A model generated the notes under the pieces. The model did no database searches. It was not told the origin of the DNA and saw only the letters and a list, made by a program, of their open reading frames with translations. From contig JBHGNT010000003.1 in assembly GCA_043228905.1 (NCBI GenBank), forward strand, positions 14,012,001 to 14,076,000: a stretch of 64,000 bases of DNA, written 5' to 3'. The position numbers and the translations under genes are program-made. This DNA comes from Azolla caroliniana (taxonomy: Eukaryota > Plantae > Polypodiophyta). Below are positions 43,272 to 54,345 of this stretch, piece by piece. The first letter of the stretch is position 1. Each line of letters starts with the position of its first letter.

Positions 43272-44589
43272 CATTTTGATACCATGATGCAACTTCAATA
43301 CCTAACTTGTGAGATCGAGTGAGAAGTATTGTAAGGGCTTTATGAGCATTACTACTCGTATTGGTAATGAGATAAGGTTGCATACGATCAATAGCCATTC
43401 TTGTTTTATATTGAGACCAACATTCAGGGTTGACATTTGCAATGTAGTATTCTAGCTTTGTCCTCTGAACATCTTCCCACTTCATCCTTAATGATTCCAC
43501 CAACCTTTCCTCAATTATTACATATTGCATAACATTGCCCGAAAGCTCTAAAAGATCATCCAAACCCCATCTTCTAAACCATTTCCTTATGTCAACAACC
43601 CAACCGGATGAGAGAATCTTACTTTTATGATTCTTTTGTAGCTTACATCCAACATTCCAAGCAAGATGTGGTAATCGATGAATCGACATATTCTTGACTT
43701 TTGTAATGTATTTATATACTTTTTGGAGTGCTGATAGTTCTATGGGTCAAACACCTATTTCCAAGAGCATAACCTGGTAAGAGGTAGTGCATTTAACTCC
43801 TAATTGCCTCCTTAAAAACATCTTTTGAATTTTCTCAATCTTATACCAAAACCCTTTGACCTCCCACTTCTTTTCGAGAGGCTTGGGTGGAAATGAAATT
43901 AGGCTTAGTGCAAAGTCACTTCCTTTTATCAAGTATACCACATTTTGTACACTATTAGAACTCTTTTAGTTTAAGTTCTATTTTTACTTTATTTTATTTT
44001 AGTTCTAATGATTGGATAAATACCCATTTTGTTGTAAGGGTAAAAGCATGCGAGTGGAAACACTATTATAGCTAATTAGCTACTAAAATGGCCATAGCTA
44101 ATTAGCTATTTGTTTAGCTAGTCTTTTTTGTGGGAAAATCAAATATTTGAAAAACTAATTTATGAAAAAACTCAAATATTTGAACTTCTGTTTCAGATGT
44201 AGTGGAACTTGGGGAATAGCACCATCATCTAAGGTCGACTTCAATGTCATCAATTGCCTGTTTAGCCTAAGTTTGATTTTGAACGCAGATGGAGTACTCA
44301 GAGCACGAACGCAGACGTAGCTCCCGCAGCAGCAAAAAATCGACATTGTAGATTGAGAGCTACAACACAGAACCCGCTCGATCATCGTCCAGGTATGTTT
44401 CAGTTACAGAAACCCCAAACATTTGTTTTTTCTTTTTGACTATTGTCTGAACTTTGGTGCCGATTCATATTTCCCCAAAATCGAATAGGGTGAAGTCCTT
44501 GGAGTCCCATACAAGGATGTCTCGCAGATCGGGGAGTAGCAGCAGGTGTGTTTATATTAGTTTTTTTGTGTTTAATCTTGTCTTTATTG

Positions 44590-45140
44590 ATGATTGGGGT
44601 TTCTGATTGAAATTTCTGATTAGGGTTTTTGTTTATAAATTTCTGATTAGGGTTTGTGATTGAAATTTCTGATTAGGGTTTCTGATTGAAATTTCTGATT
44701 AGGGTTTTTGATTATAAATTTCTGAATAGGGTTTCTGGTACAAATTTTGATTATAGATTATAATTTTTTATTAGAATTTCTGAATAGGGTTTTTGTTTAT
44801 AAATTTCTATTTAGAATTTCTGATTAGGGTTTGTGATTGAAATTTTTTATTAGGGTTTCTGATTGAAATTTCTGATTAGGGTTTTTGATTATAAATTTCT
44901 GATTAGAATTTCTGAATAGGGTTTCTGGTTACAAACTTCTGATTATAGATTTTGATTAGGGTTTCTGATTTCAAACTTCTGATTACAAATTTTGATTAGG
45001 GTTTCTGATTTCAAATTTCTGAATACAAATTATGATTAGGGTTTTTGATTTGCTAAGTTAAAGATTTTGCACTATTTCTGTTGTTGATTGGGGTTTCTGA
45101 TTCTGACATATTCTGATTTTGCACTATTTCTGATTTCTGA
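44590..45140 (+). repeat. Degenerate TTTCTGATTAGGGTT tandem array (telo-box-like) in an intron upstream of the ATG at 45154
   Basis: Lies between donor CAG|GTGTG (~44545) and acceptor TTTCAG|ATG (45153). Confidence 0.8.
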
Positions 45141-45153
45141 AATGATATTTCAG

Positions 45154-48100
45154 ATGGCTCGTTCCTCAGTATCCGAGAATGCTAAACTTCGCAAAAAAAT
45201 TTCGAGACAAAGGAAGACTTCCACAACACCTATGGTCTGTCACTCGAGGGTGTTGACCCTGCTGTCCTAAGTGATAAATTGATCAGTGATGTATTCTAGA
45301 TGACAGTATATACAGTGCCTAGAGTCAAAGGCAAGGTCAAGCTGAAGCATGTACGAGCCGACTTGTACGATGACTGCATGAGGCTGCACCAGAAAGTTCA
45401 TCAGGAGATCCCAGTCAACAATGAGTTGTCAGTTTCATTTGCTAGAGCATTTGCGTATGAGTACTTCAAAACAACGAAGGAATCCAGAGACCCTGAAATG
45501 TATAGGGTAGCTTGGGCAGTCTATGGTGAGGCATCGGTAAAAAGATGCCAAAAGATGGGGACCTTGGCACAAAAAATAGACAGATTTTGGAGCATGGCAG
45601 ATGTTGATGCAACTGCCGACTCCCATCAAAACCGGGGGCATACACCACACCGACACCCAAGAAAAGCCAATGTCGATGATACAGGTGAGACATTGGTTAG
45701 CTATATGCTAAAAAATGTCCATGAAGCCTGTGAAACATTGGCATTTTTTAAGACTGATTTAGAGAAAGCCACAATGGCTTCTGCAATGGAGAGCAAAGTT
45801 ACTTCCGCTGTTACAACGATTAGAAATAAGATTTAGGTAACTATTGTTTTGCTGGTATGTGATTGTGTTATAAATAACTTTAAGGGTAAAATGTGCTAAT
45901 CAAGCATTATCTGGAATAGGTTGCGCAACAGGAGCTTGAATTAGAGGGGCCATTGGATCCCCAACGTAAAATACAACTGCAAATAGAGATCCAGGTTCTT
46001 TCAATGAACCTGGACCTTCTAGGTGTAAATACTGTTGCAGATTACAATTTGGAAAAGCTTCAAGTAAGTTAACGATTCCTGAGCAAAGTTAGTGTATCTT
46101 TCTCAGACAGGAATAATTAATCGATAAATTTCTCTGTTGCGTTGAAGGAACAATACATTCATCAAGAACAGGTAGTTAGTTTCCTTAAGAAGCAACTACA
46201 TTTTGTGGAGGGAATGGTAAGGACCAGACAGGATTTGGACCTGAACATTCTTGCTCCCTTACCAAATGAAGGAGAACTAGAAAATGATTTATTGACAGTT
46301 CAAGCACGTTGCATTGCTTGCGGGTTAGGTGTGGAGGACAAAACTGCGTCTTTGTTGGTTCACCTACAACCATGCAACCACACATACCATCTGCTTTGTT
46401 TTCAACATGCCTGTCGAATTGCTACATTTTGTTTGGGAGATTGTAGTACAACTCTACCAAATGAGTGGAGAAAACTAACAGGTATACCATACTGTAGCTA
46501 ATAAGCTTAGACTTTTCTAATTAGCTAAGCCGTAAAAAGTATGGAAACTATTTTGCTGCTATCGTTGTAGCTAATTAGCTACTACCATAGTTGATTAAAG
46601 CAGCTAATAGCGATCCTATTAGCTAATTAGCTACTACCATAGTTTACTACAATAGTTAATTAGCTAAGTGGCAGCTAGTTAGCTACTAGCTAATTAGCTA
46701 TCCTACTGGCAACTAGTTAGCTACTCATAGCTAATTAGCTAGTACCATAGCTGTGTAAAGTAGCTAATTAGATACTGGCAGCTAATGAGCTACTAGCTAA
46801 TTAGCTATGGTACTAGCTAATTCGCTAGTGCCATAGTTGTGTAAAAAAGCTAATTAGCTATCCTACAAGCTAATTAGTTATCCTACTAGCTAATTAGCTA
46901 TCCTAGTAGCTAATTAGTTACTGCCATAGTTGTGTAAAGTAGCTAATAAGCTATCCTAGTAGCTAATTAGCTACTGGCAGCTAATTAGCTATCCTAGTAG
47001 CTAATTAGCTATCCTACTAGCTAATTAGCTATCCTACTAGCTAATTAGCTATTGGCAACTAATTAGTTATCCTACTAGCTAATTAGCTATCCTAGTAGCT
47101 AATTAGTTACTGCCATAGTTGTGTAAAGTAGCTAATAAGCTATCCTAGTAGCTAATTAGCTACTGGCAGCTAATTAGCTATCCTACTAGCTAATTAGCTA
47201 TCCTACTAGCTAATTAGCTATCCTACTAGCTAATTAGCTACTGGCAACTAATTAGTTATCCTACTAGCTAATTAGCTATCCTAGTAGCTAATTAGTTACT
47301 GCCATAGTTGTGTAAAGTAGCTAATAAGCTATCCTAGTAGCTAATTAGCTACTGGCAGCTAATTAGCTATTGGCAGCTAATTAGCTATCCTAGTAGCTAA
47401 TTAGCTATCCTAGTAGCTAATTAGCTATCCTAGCTACTACATAGTTGAGAAAGTAGCTCATTAGCTATCATTGTAGCTAATTAGCTATCCTAGTAGCTAA
47501 TAAGCTATCCTAGCTACTACATAGTTGAGAAAGTAGCTAATTAGCTATCCTACTAGCTAATTAGCTACTGCCATAGTTGTGTAAAGTAGCTAATTAGCTA
47601 TCCTAGCTATTACCATGGTTGAGAAAAGTAGCTAATTAGCTATCCTAGCTACTACCATAGTTGAGTAAAGTAGCTAATTAGCTATCCTAGCTACTACCAT
47701 AGTTAGTAAAGTAGCTAATTAGCTATCCTAGCTACTACCATAGTTGAGTAAAGTAGCTAATTAGCTATCCTAGCTACTACCATAGTTGAGTAAAGTAGCT
47801 AATTAGCTATCCTAGCTACTACCATAGTTGAGTAAAGTAGCTAATTAGCTACCATATTAGCTAATTAGCTATCCTAGCTACTACCATAGTTAGTAAAGTA
47901 GCTAATTAGCTACCATATTAGCTAATTAGCTATCCTAGCTACTACCATAGTTAGTAAAGTAGCTAATTAGCTATCCTAGCTACTACCATAGTTGAGTAAA
48001 GTAGCTAATTAGCTATCCTAGCTACTACCATAGTTAGTAAAGTAGCTAATTAGCTATCCTAGCTACTACCATAGTTGAGTAAAGTAGCTAATTAGCTATC

Positions 48101-48664
48101 CTAGCTACTACCATAGTTGAGTAAAGTAGTTAATTAGCTATCCTAAATAACTGCCATGTTATTGTAGAATCTTGTGGATTAAGGACGGCACATGATGTGT
48201 CTGGTGCTAATGACGCTGCAACAGATGAGGATACTGCTACCAACGTGGCTGAAAGTAAGAGTCCTGCTATCACATCTCCTTCAGATCAGCTCCACCCAAT
48301 TCTTTTGGAACAATGTACTGAATTAGGCAACGATGTGAAATGCCATGAAATAGTGGAAACAACATGTAAAACTGAGGTTCACAACAACAATGTTTATGAA
48401 CACTTGATGCAACATTGCTTCGAATCTCAAGACCTTGATTCCACCCCACCGAGCCCAACTACTGAAAATGTCCAAACAGATCCCTCTGTACTTGAAAAGC
48501 TAGTTCAAGAAACGACCGATGTGCAATTAGCTGCTGAGGCGATGTTAAGGTTGTCGGAGGAGGACACACTTGCGCATTGGGTGAAAGAAGCAAGCCTAAA
48601 TGGGGAACCGACCAGAAAAAGGCTGAAGAAGGGGCCACGATCGGGAACAAGACCAATTACTTGA
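45154..48664 (+). pseudogene. Spliced cargo gene: helical/coiled-coil region, RING-type Zn finger, acidic low-complexity tail
   Basis: Exons ~45154-45836, ~45921-46063, ~46148-46481 (CIAC..PCNHTYHLLC..C..C), 48168-48664. Intron 46482-48167 (GT..AG) joins in phase; stop/frameshift lesions in exon 1. Confidence 0.6.
46495..48145. repeat. Satellite built from the 14-bp palindrome TAGCTAATTAGCTA with short variable spacers and higher-order repeats
   Basis: Read directly; fills intron 46482-48167. Confidence 0.95.
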
Positions 48665-48949
48665 TCAAGGGGCCCAGACGTAGTGGAGCGAAATACTGTT
48701 TAGTTGGATATGATTGTTAGCTTAGGGATTTTGCTAGGGTTTTATGAAGTTTTACTATCCTGTTGGACAAGTAAAACCTCAGATTGGTTGTTGCTTGATC
48801 CACATTATGTAATGGAACTCTATGATATTTTTCCAAGATAATTTGAAGAGTGTTGTTCTATGATTGAAACTCTTTGATGTTCAGGATGTTGTTTTGTGAG
48901 ACTGTTAGTTACTTTGTGAGTGTGAATATGTTGGTGTTTTCTGATGTTG

Positions 48950-49929
48950 CAGAGTCTAAAGGGTTTGATTCTATTGCTCGTAAGGCCAATGGCAGTGTGG
49001 ATACTGTTGATGTTGCAGCGTGTTTAAAGGGCCCCATCTTGAAAGTAGATGTAGCAACTAACACAAGTGATCTGGTCACACAAGTTGATCAAGCATGTTG
49101 CACGAATGACTTGGTGTTGTAGGTAGATGCAACATGTGATACCAGTGGATTGATATTGAGTAGATCAGTAGCTACATGCACCGAGGTAATCCAAGGATTG
49201 ATAACACAGTCGACAAAACAAGAGCACCAGAATGTGAAGCCAGGCCCAACACAGTCGACTAGGGGTTTGAAGAGGAAAAGGACGCCGGTTGTGTCGACTG
49301 AACCTGAGTTGATTGAGATTGATCGTGTCCTACCAGAAAATGGTGTAACAGCGGCTCACTTTTAGGAATGGAAACCTAAACCACTAGAAGTCGAAAGAAG
49401 AGCCTTGATCTTGGAGCTTGATAAAGTCTTGATGAGTGTGAGATATATGCAGCCAAGGAGGGACGCGCATGAGTTTCTAGAGTGGGCTGTGCAATACTTT
49501 GATTTGTTTATTTGGAGTGAAAAACTAAAATCAGATGTGTGGAAGTGTTTAGCAAGATTCTTCCCAAAATGGCAAAGTCGTTTTAAAGGTCAATGGGCAC
49601 GAGAAAATTGTGAGCAAATGGAAGTTGCAAGATTCAAGAGACTTTCTGATTTTTGGGCTACTTGGCCTGAATATAATGCTGACAACACATTGATTTTGGA
49701 TACAGAACATTTCCGGCACTACTTCAATATTCAGAGATGCTGTCTCATTCTACCCGAGGAAATGCCTGAACAGTACCTGGTGCAAACAGTGAGCTGCCAA
49801 CTAGGTGCATGGTTGTGGACTCTATACCGAGCTCGATATGTGGATAATATATGTAGACTCGTTCCACTGACTAGCAAGAGCTTAGCTGTTTATAGGAGAT
49901 TTGTAGACATTTCCAATGGTAATTTATAA
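48950..49929 (+). pseudogene. FCP1/NIF (CTD phosphatase-like HAD) domain ORF with degenerate catalytic motif
   Basis: ALILELDKVL (DxDxT replaced by ELDKV), PRRDAHEFL, FDLFIWS, FKRLS..W, NTLILD; upstream in-frame stops. Confidence 0.6.
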
Positions 49930-50254
49930 ATATGTAAAGAGATGACATTATTCAATGAAGAATTTAATTACTTGTTCCCACTGTACTTATCTACTGTGTA
50001 ATTTGAGGAATATGTTGCAGATTGTTGATTTCATGCTATTGATGACTATTTAGCTATTGACAACTAATTAGCTACTGATGACTATTTCACTATAACTTAA
50101 AACTTAAAACTTAACAAAAAAGACATGATTTTATTGAGAAAGAAGCACAGAAAGCAAACTGTATACAAGAAATTGATTCTCAAACGAATTTATTTGATTG
50201 TTTTCGCAAAATCATGTTTGTTTTACAAGAGAACATGGTAATTGCTACTTGTAG

Positions 50255-53200
50255 CTACAAATTCCATGGCATACTATTGTAAATACATTCATACACATTA
50301 GCACCAACAACGTATAAACCTGAGTAGCTATTGTATTCTGACATTGGGACGTTGATGCACTTGACCAAATGAGAGTACATGTACGCCGCTGGTTTGTCTT
50401 CTAACAGCCTGTACACAAATTCGTAGTCATCTAGTTTTGCATAAAAAATGCCTTCGATGTAGAATGTCCCGACAGATACAAAATTTCCCCATGCATCTAC
50501 AATATTCTGCCTTGCACACTGTTTACTAACCGTGCACTTCAATATATAGAAATCAGCACCCTCTGAATTGCCTTCTTCAGCATTTACAGTGAAGTTGTCC
50601 CCAACGTTCAGGACATCACTCAAAGTATCTCCAAGTCCCTCATATGTGAAGTCAACATTCTGCCCTGTTTCTTCATCAACTGCTTCCTTATCATTCAGAG
50701 TGTGATACTCCCAATTCTGAATGTATGCTTTGTTTAGAAAATATCTCCAATTTCCCTGCACACAATGGAAGCAAAAACAAGTCAATTCTCTAACCGCAAT
50801 ACAATGACCATCCAACCTGGAATAACCGTGAACAACATGCAGAGATCGCAATTCGGGAATTCCTTGGCACTCCCAGGTCTTCTCCCTATTTACTTCATCT
50901 ATCTTCACTTCCCAAAATTCACGTTTGATATCTCGGACTTGCGAGGAATAAACACCTGTTGCACTCGTTGACATATTTGTTCTTAAAAATTCAACTACAT
51001 GTGATGCACAATTCATGTGCACACCATCTGTCTTTAGTTGTTCATGGATAAGTGCCCGCTTTATAACAACCCCTGCACCATCATGTTCACCTTTACCATG
51101 GCCAGACCCAAAAAAATTCCATCTCATCTCCAAACCTGTTATAGCAGGATACCTCCCCACAAAATAAAATGGACATCGAGCCTTGAATTGTGACGCAGCT
51201 CCGTCAGACCAGACCCAATGTTGAGTAAGCTCCAAACGTTGAGATAATAACCCCTGCCAATGTAACTTAAAACAGTGTTGGACGAACAAGGTATCATGCT
51301 TCTTATCATCAGAAATAAAGAAATGAATTACTTTTTTAACATCACCTGAAACTCAAAAATATGTTATGTGCACAAAAATGGTTACCTGAACTGAACACCA
51401 ATGCATAGATTGAATTTCATTCTGCTGCTTGAAAGTATAATTCTCTGCGAAATCTACTACTAAGACTACTACATCATTTGGGAAATCAGATATGCAAGTC
51501 TTAAACTGATGGGCCTGCCATGAATAAATGAAGTTGTGTTTAATGAACTTTCCTAGAGATACTACAAACAGAGACACCAAATCCCTTGGTTTAAGCATCT
51601 TCCGAACTAGATCCTTTCTTTTACACACCTTTCCTTGAAAATTGGTGTTCACTGACTCAAATAACTTCACAAAGATCAATATTTCACTACTCAATTCATT
51701 TGGACACCACCTAAATCTAGTAGGGCCACAATCTTGACATAAACCCATGACACATTTATGAATATGGAAGATAACGTCAGTTTCTCTCGGACACAATATT
51801 GAATCTAATAAATAACTCATGGAAGAGATAACGTGCTCAGATGAGTTACACTCCTCTTGAGGGCTTGATCGACAGATTGGGCACCCACATGTGCAAACTG
51901 TATTAGTTAGGGATGCGTTATGGTGACATCGTAGATTAACAGAGTCCTTCAGAAAACCCATCTGTACATGGTAAATGCAACAACATGTGTATCGATCCTT
52001 TAAGCGTCTCACAAAGTGTGGCTTAAGAGACTTGAATGTTCGTAGTTGAACTTTGATATTTGGATGCATTCGTTTGAACCTAATAAATAAATCGACCTGC
52101 GTAATAAAGGGGAATTAGTTATTCTCGTAACTAGCTAACTATCCTAGTAGCTAATTAGCTATCCTAGTAGCTAATTAGATATCCTAGTAGCTAATTAGCT
52201 ATCATGGTAGCTAATTAGCTGTCCTAGTAGCTAATTAGCTATCATAGTAGCTAATTAGTTGTTCTAGTAGCTAATTAGCTCTTCTAGTAGCTAATTAGCT
52301 ACCATGGTAGCTAATTAGCTATCCTAGTAGCTAATTAGCTATCATGGTAGCTAATTAGCCGTCCTAGTAGCTAATTAGCTATCATGGTAGCTAATTAGCT
52401 ATCATGGTAGCTAATTAGCTATTTTAGTAGCTAATTAGCTATTTTAGTAGCTAATTAGCTATTTTAGTAGCTAATTAGCTATCCTAGTAGCTAATTAGCT
52501 GTCATGGTAGCTAATTAGATGTCCTAGTAGCTAATTAGCTGTCATGGTAGCTAATTAGTTGTCCTTGTAGCTAATTAGCTATCATGGTAGCTAATTAGTT
52601 GGTCTAGTAGCTAATTAGCTATCATGGTGGCTAATTAGCTATCCTAGTAGCTAATTAGCTATCATGGTAGCTAATTAGCTATCCTAGTAGCTAATTAGTT
52701 GTCTTGGTAGCTAGTTAGCTATTTTGGTAGCTAATTATATGGTAGTAACTAAATTAGCTATTGAGAATAGCTAATTAGGTATCATGGTAGTAGCTATTGA
52801 GAGTAGCCAGTTACCTATGTAGTAGTTATCCTAGTAGCTAACATAGGTAAATGTAACTGATAAGCTAATTAGCTTTTCTGCTAACTGAGCTAATTAACTT
52901 TCCGTGTAGTCAAAACAAATGTTGAGATAAATGTAAATACCTGAGGTACATCAAGAAGATGAATGGGATGCTCCTCATATTGATTTCTTCCAACACGTTT
53001 CTTGCATAAATCCTTTTTATTGGGTGAAACCCTACTCTCATTAGTCCAAAACATTGTGATTACATCCTTGATTTCAAATGTTATGGGTGTCATTGGCTTA
53101 CATCTTGTAGTTAGCTTTAGTAGACTAGTTCCTTCACCCGAGGAAATTATACGGTTCATTGTATTGTACACTGTTTTTCTACTAACACCAATTACCTTCG

Positions 53201-53643
53201 ATAGCTCACTAATGTTTTATATCGTCAACATCACTATTAAGTAACATCATTAGACTAGACCTTTTTAAGACAAGATCATCTTCTGACCTGCTCATGGATA
53301 TGAAACTATTACGAAGATTATTTACTAAAACAGATGATATGTTTGCATTAAGACCATCACAATCAACTAAGTCCTTTATCGATGGATCATTACATATTCC
53401 ATAAAGTACTACCTTCTTTTCTTCATTGTTGATGTGCTTGGTTTGAACATTGATATAGTCTACAACCTTTCTCTCTATGATGGTAGTCGCATTACTTACA
53501 TTCTCAGCTAAACTATCCTTACCTTTACTGAGTGTGGCTTTCGTATCCTTCAACAATTGACGATGTTTTCTTTTTTTTTTCTGCCCAATAGTTTCGTATG
53601 GCTTGTTGTGTCCTGATAGCATCATCCCTATCCTTATGATCAT
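50255..53643 (-). pseudogene. Sola2-like transposase (HTH, Cys-rich region, DDD core) with one intron
   Basis: ISELSKVIGVSRKT (HTH), TCCC..H, DFAENY, QSMHW, SDDKKHD, SDGAASQFK, GSGHGKGEHDGAG. Intron 52097-52940 joins HLLDVPQ|VDLFIRF in frame; stop at 51353; frameshift ~53210. Confidence 0.82.
52128..52900. repeat. ~20-bp tandem array containing TAGCTAATTAGCT inside the transposase intron
   Basis: Regular 20-bp period (atcctagtagctaattagct and variants). Confidence 0.95.
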
Positions 53644-53984
53644 TGAGGGGTAATTCTAAACACCCTTCTTCCCCTTCCATTTGGCTGGACATATAAAAAC
53701 CCTAAATTTCCAGAAAAAAAAACAAGTATTTAAGATGGCTATGGGCAACAACAATACACAAAAATATTCCACAATACACAAGATTAAACACAACAATACA
53801 CAAGATAATCAATAGACAGAAAAGTTATTGCAATCCAAGACTGAACAATAGAGTAGTTCACTCCGTTGGATCAAACAATTGAGGAGGCGATCCAGGACCT
53901 ACTAATGGCGACAACCGAGTGTAGAATGTTGCGGTTGGATGAGTGAACTCCGTCAAATCGAAATGTGGAAGCAATCCAGGACTG

Positions 53985-54345
53985 GACAGTAACGGCCTTT
54001 GAGTGTAGAGTGGCACAGAGAAGAGAACCCCGTCAGATTGAACAGCTCTTTGATGATGCTTGGAACGCACAGTAGCGGTCCTTGAGTGTAGAGTGGCACA
54101 GAGAAGAGAACCCCGTAAGATTGAACAACTCTTTGATGATGCTTGGAATGCATAGTAGCGGCCCCTGAGTGTAGAGTGGCACAGAGAAGAGAACCACGTC
54201 AGATTGAACAACTCTTTGATGATGCTTGAAACGCACAGTAGCGGCCCCTGAGTGTAGAGTGGCACAGAGAAGAGAACCCCGTCAGATTGAACAGCTCTTT
54301 GATGATGCTTGGAACACACAGTAGCGGCCCCTGAGTGTAGAGTGG
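53985..54345 (+). repeat. 83-bp tandem repeat (~4.3 copies) in the leader of G
   Basis: GAGTGTAGAGTGGC recurs at 54001, 54084, 54167, 54250 and 54333. Confidence 0.92.

Larger units (their letters stand above)
43860..53830. mobile_element. Large Sola2-like DDD DNA transposon with cargo genes (ends not resolved)
   Basis: Minus-strand transposase and convergent plus-strand genes. The TAGCTAATTAGCTA motif occurs near the left end (~44070-44120) and in introns of both gene sets. Left side abuts a truncated LINE; right side is replaced by Gypsy G. Confidence 0.65.

Noticed and set aside
44590-45140. Interstitial telomere
   Set aside because: TAGGGTTT units are never tandem (TTTAGGG)n; they are embedded in a longer degenerate unit.
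46495-52900. CRISPR-like look of a palindromic repeat plus variable spacers
   Set aside because: Spacers are mostly ~5-25 nt and are themselves repeated; there are no cas genes; the context is eukaryotic introns.
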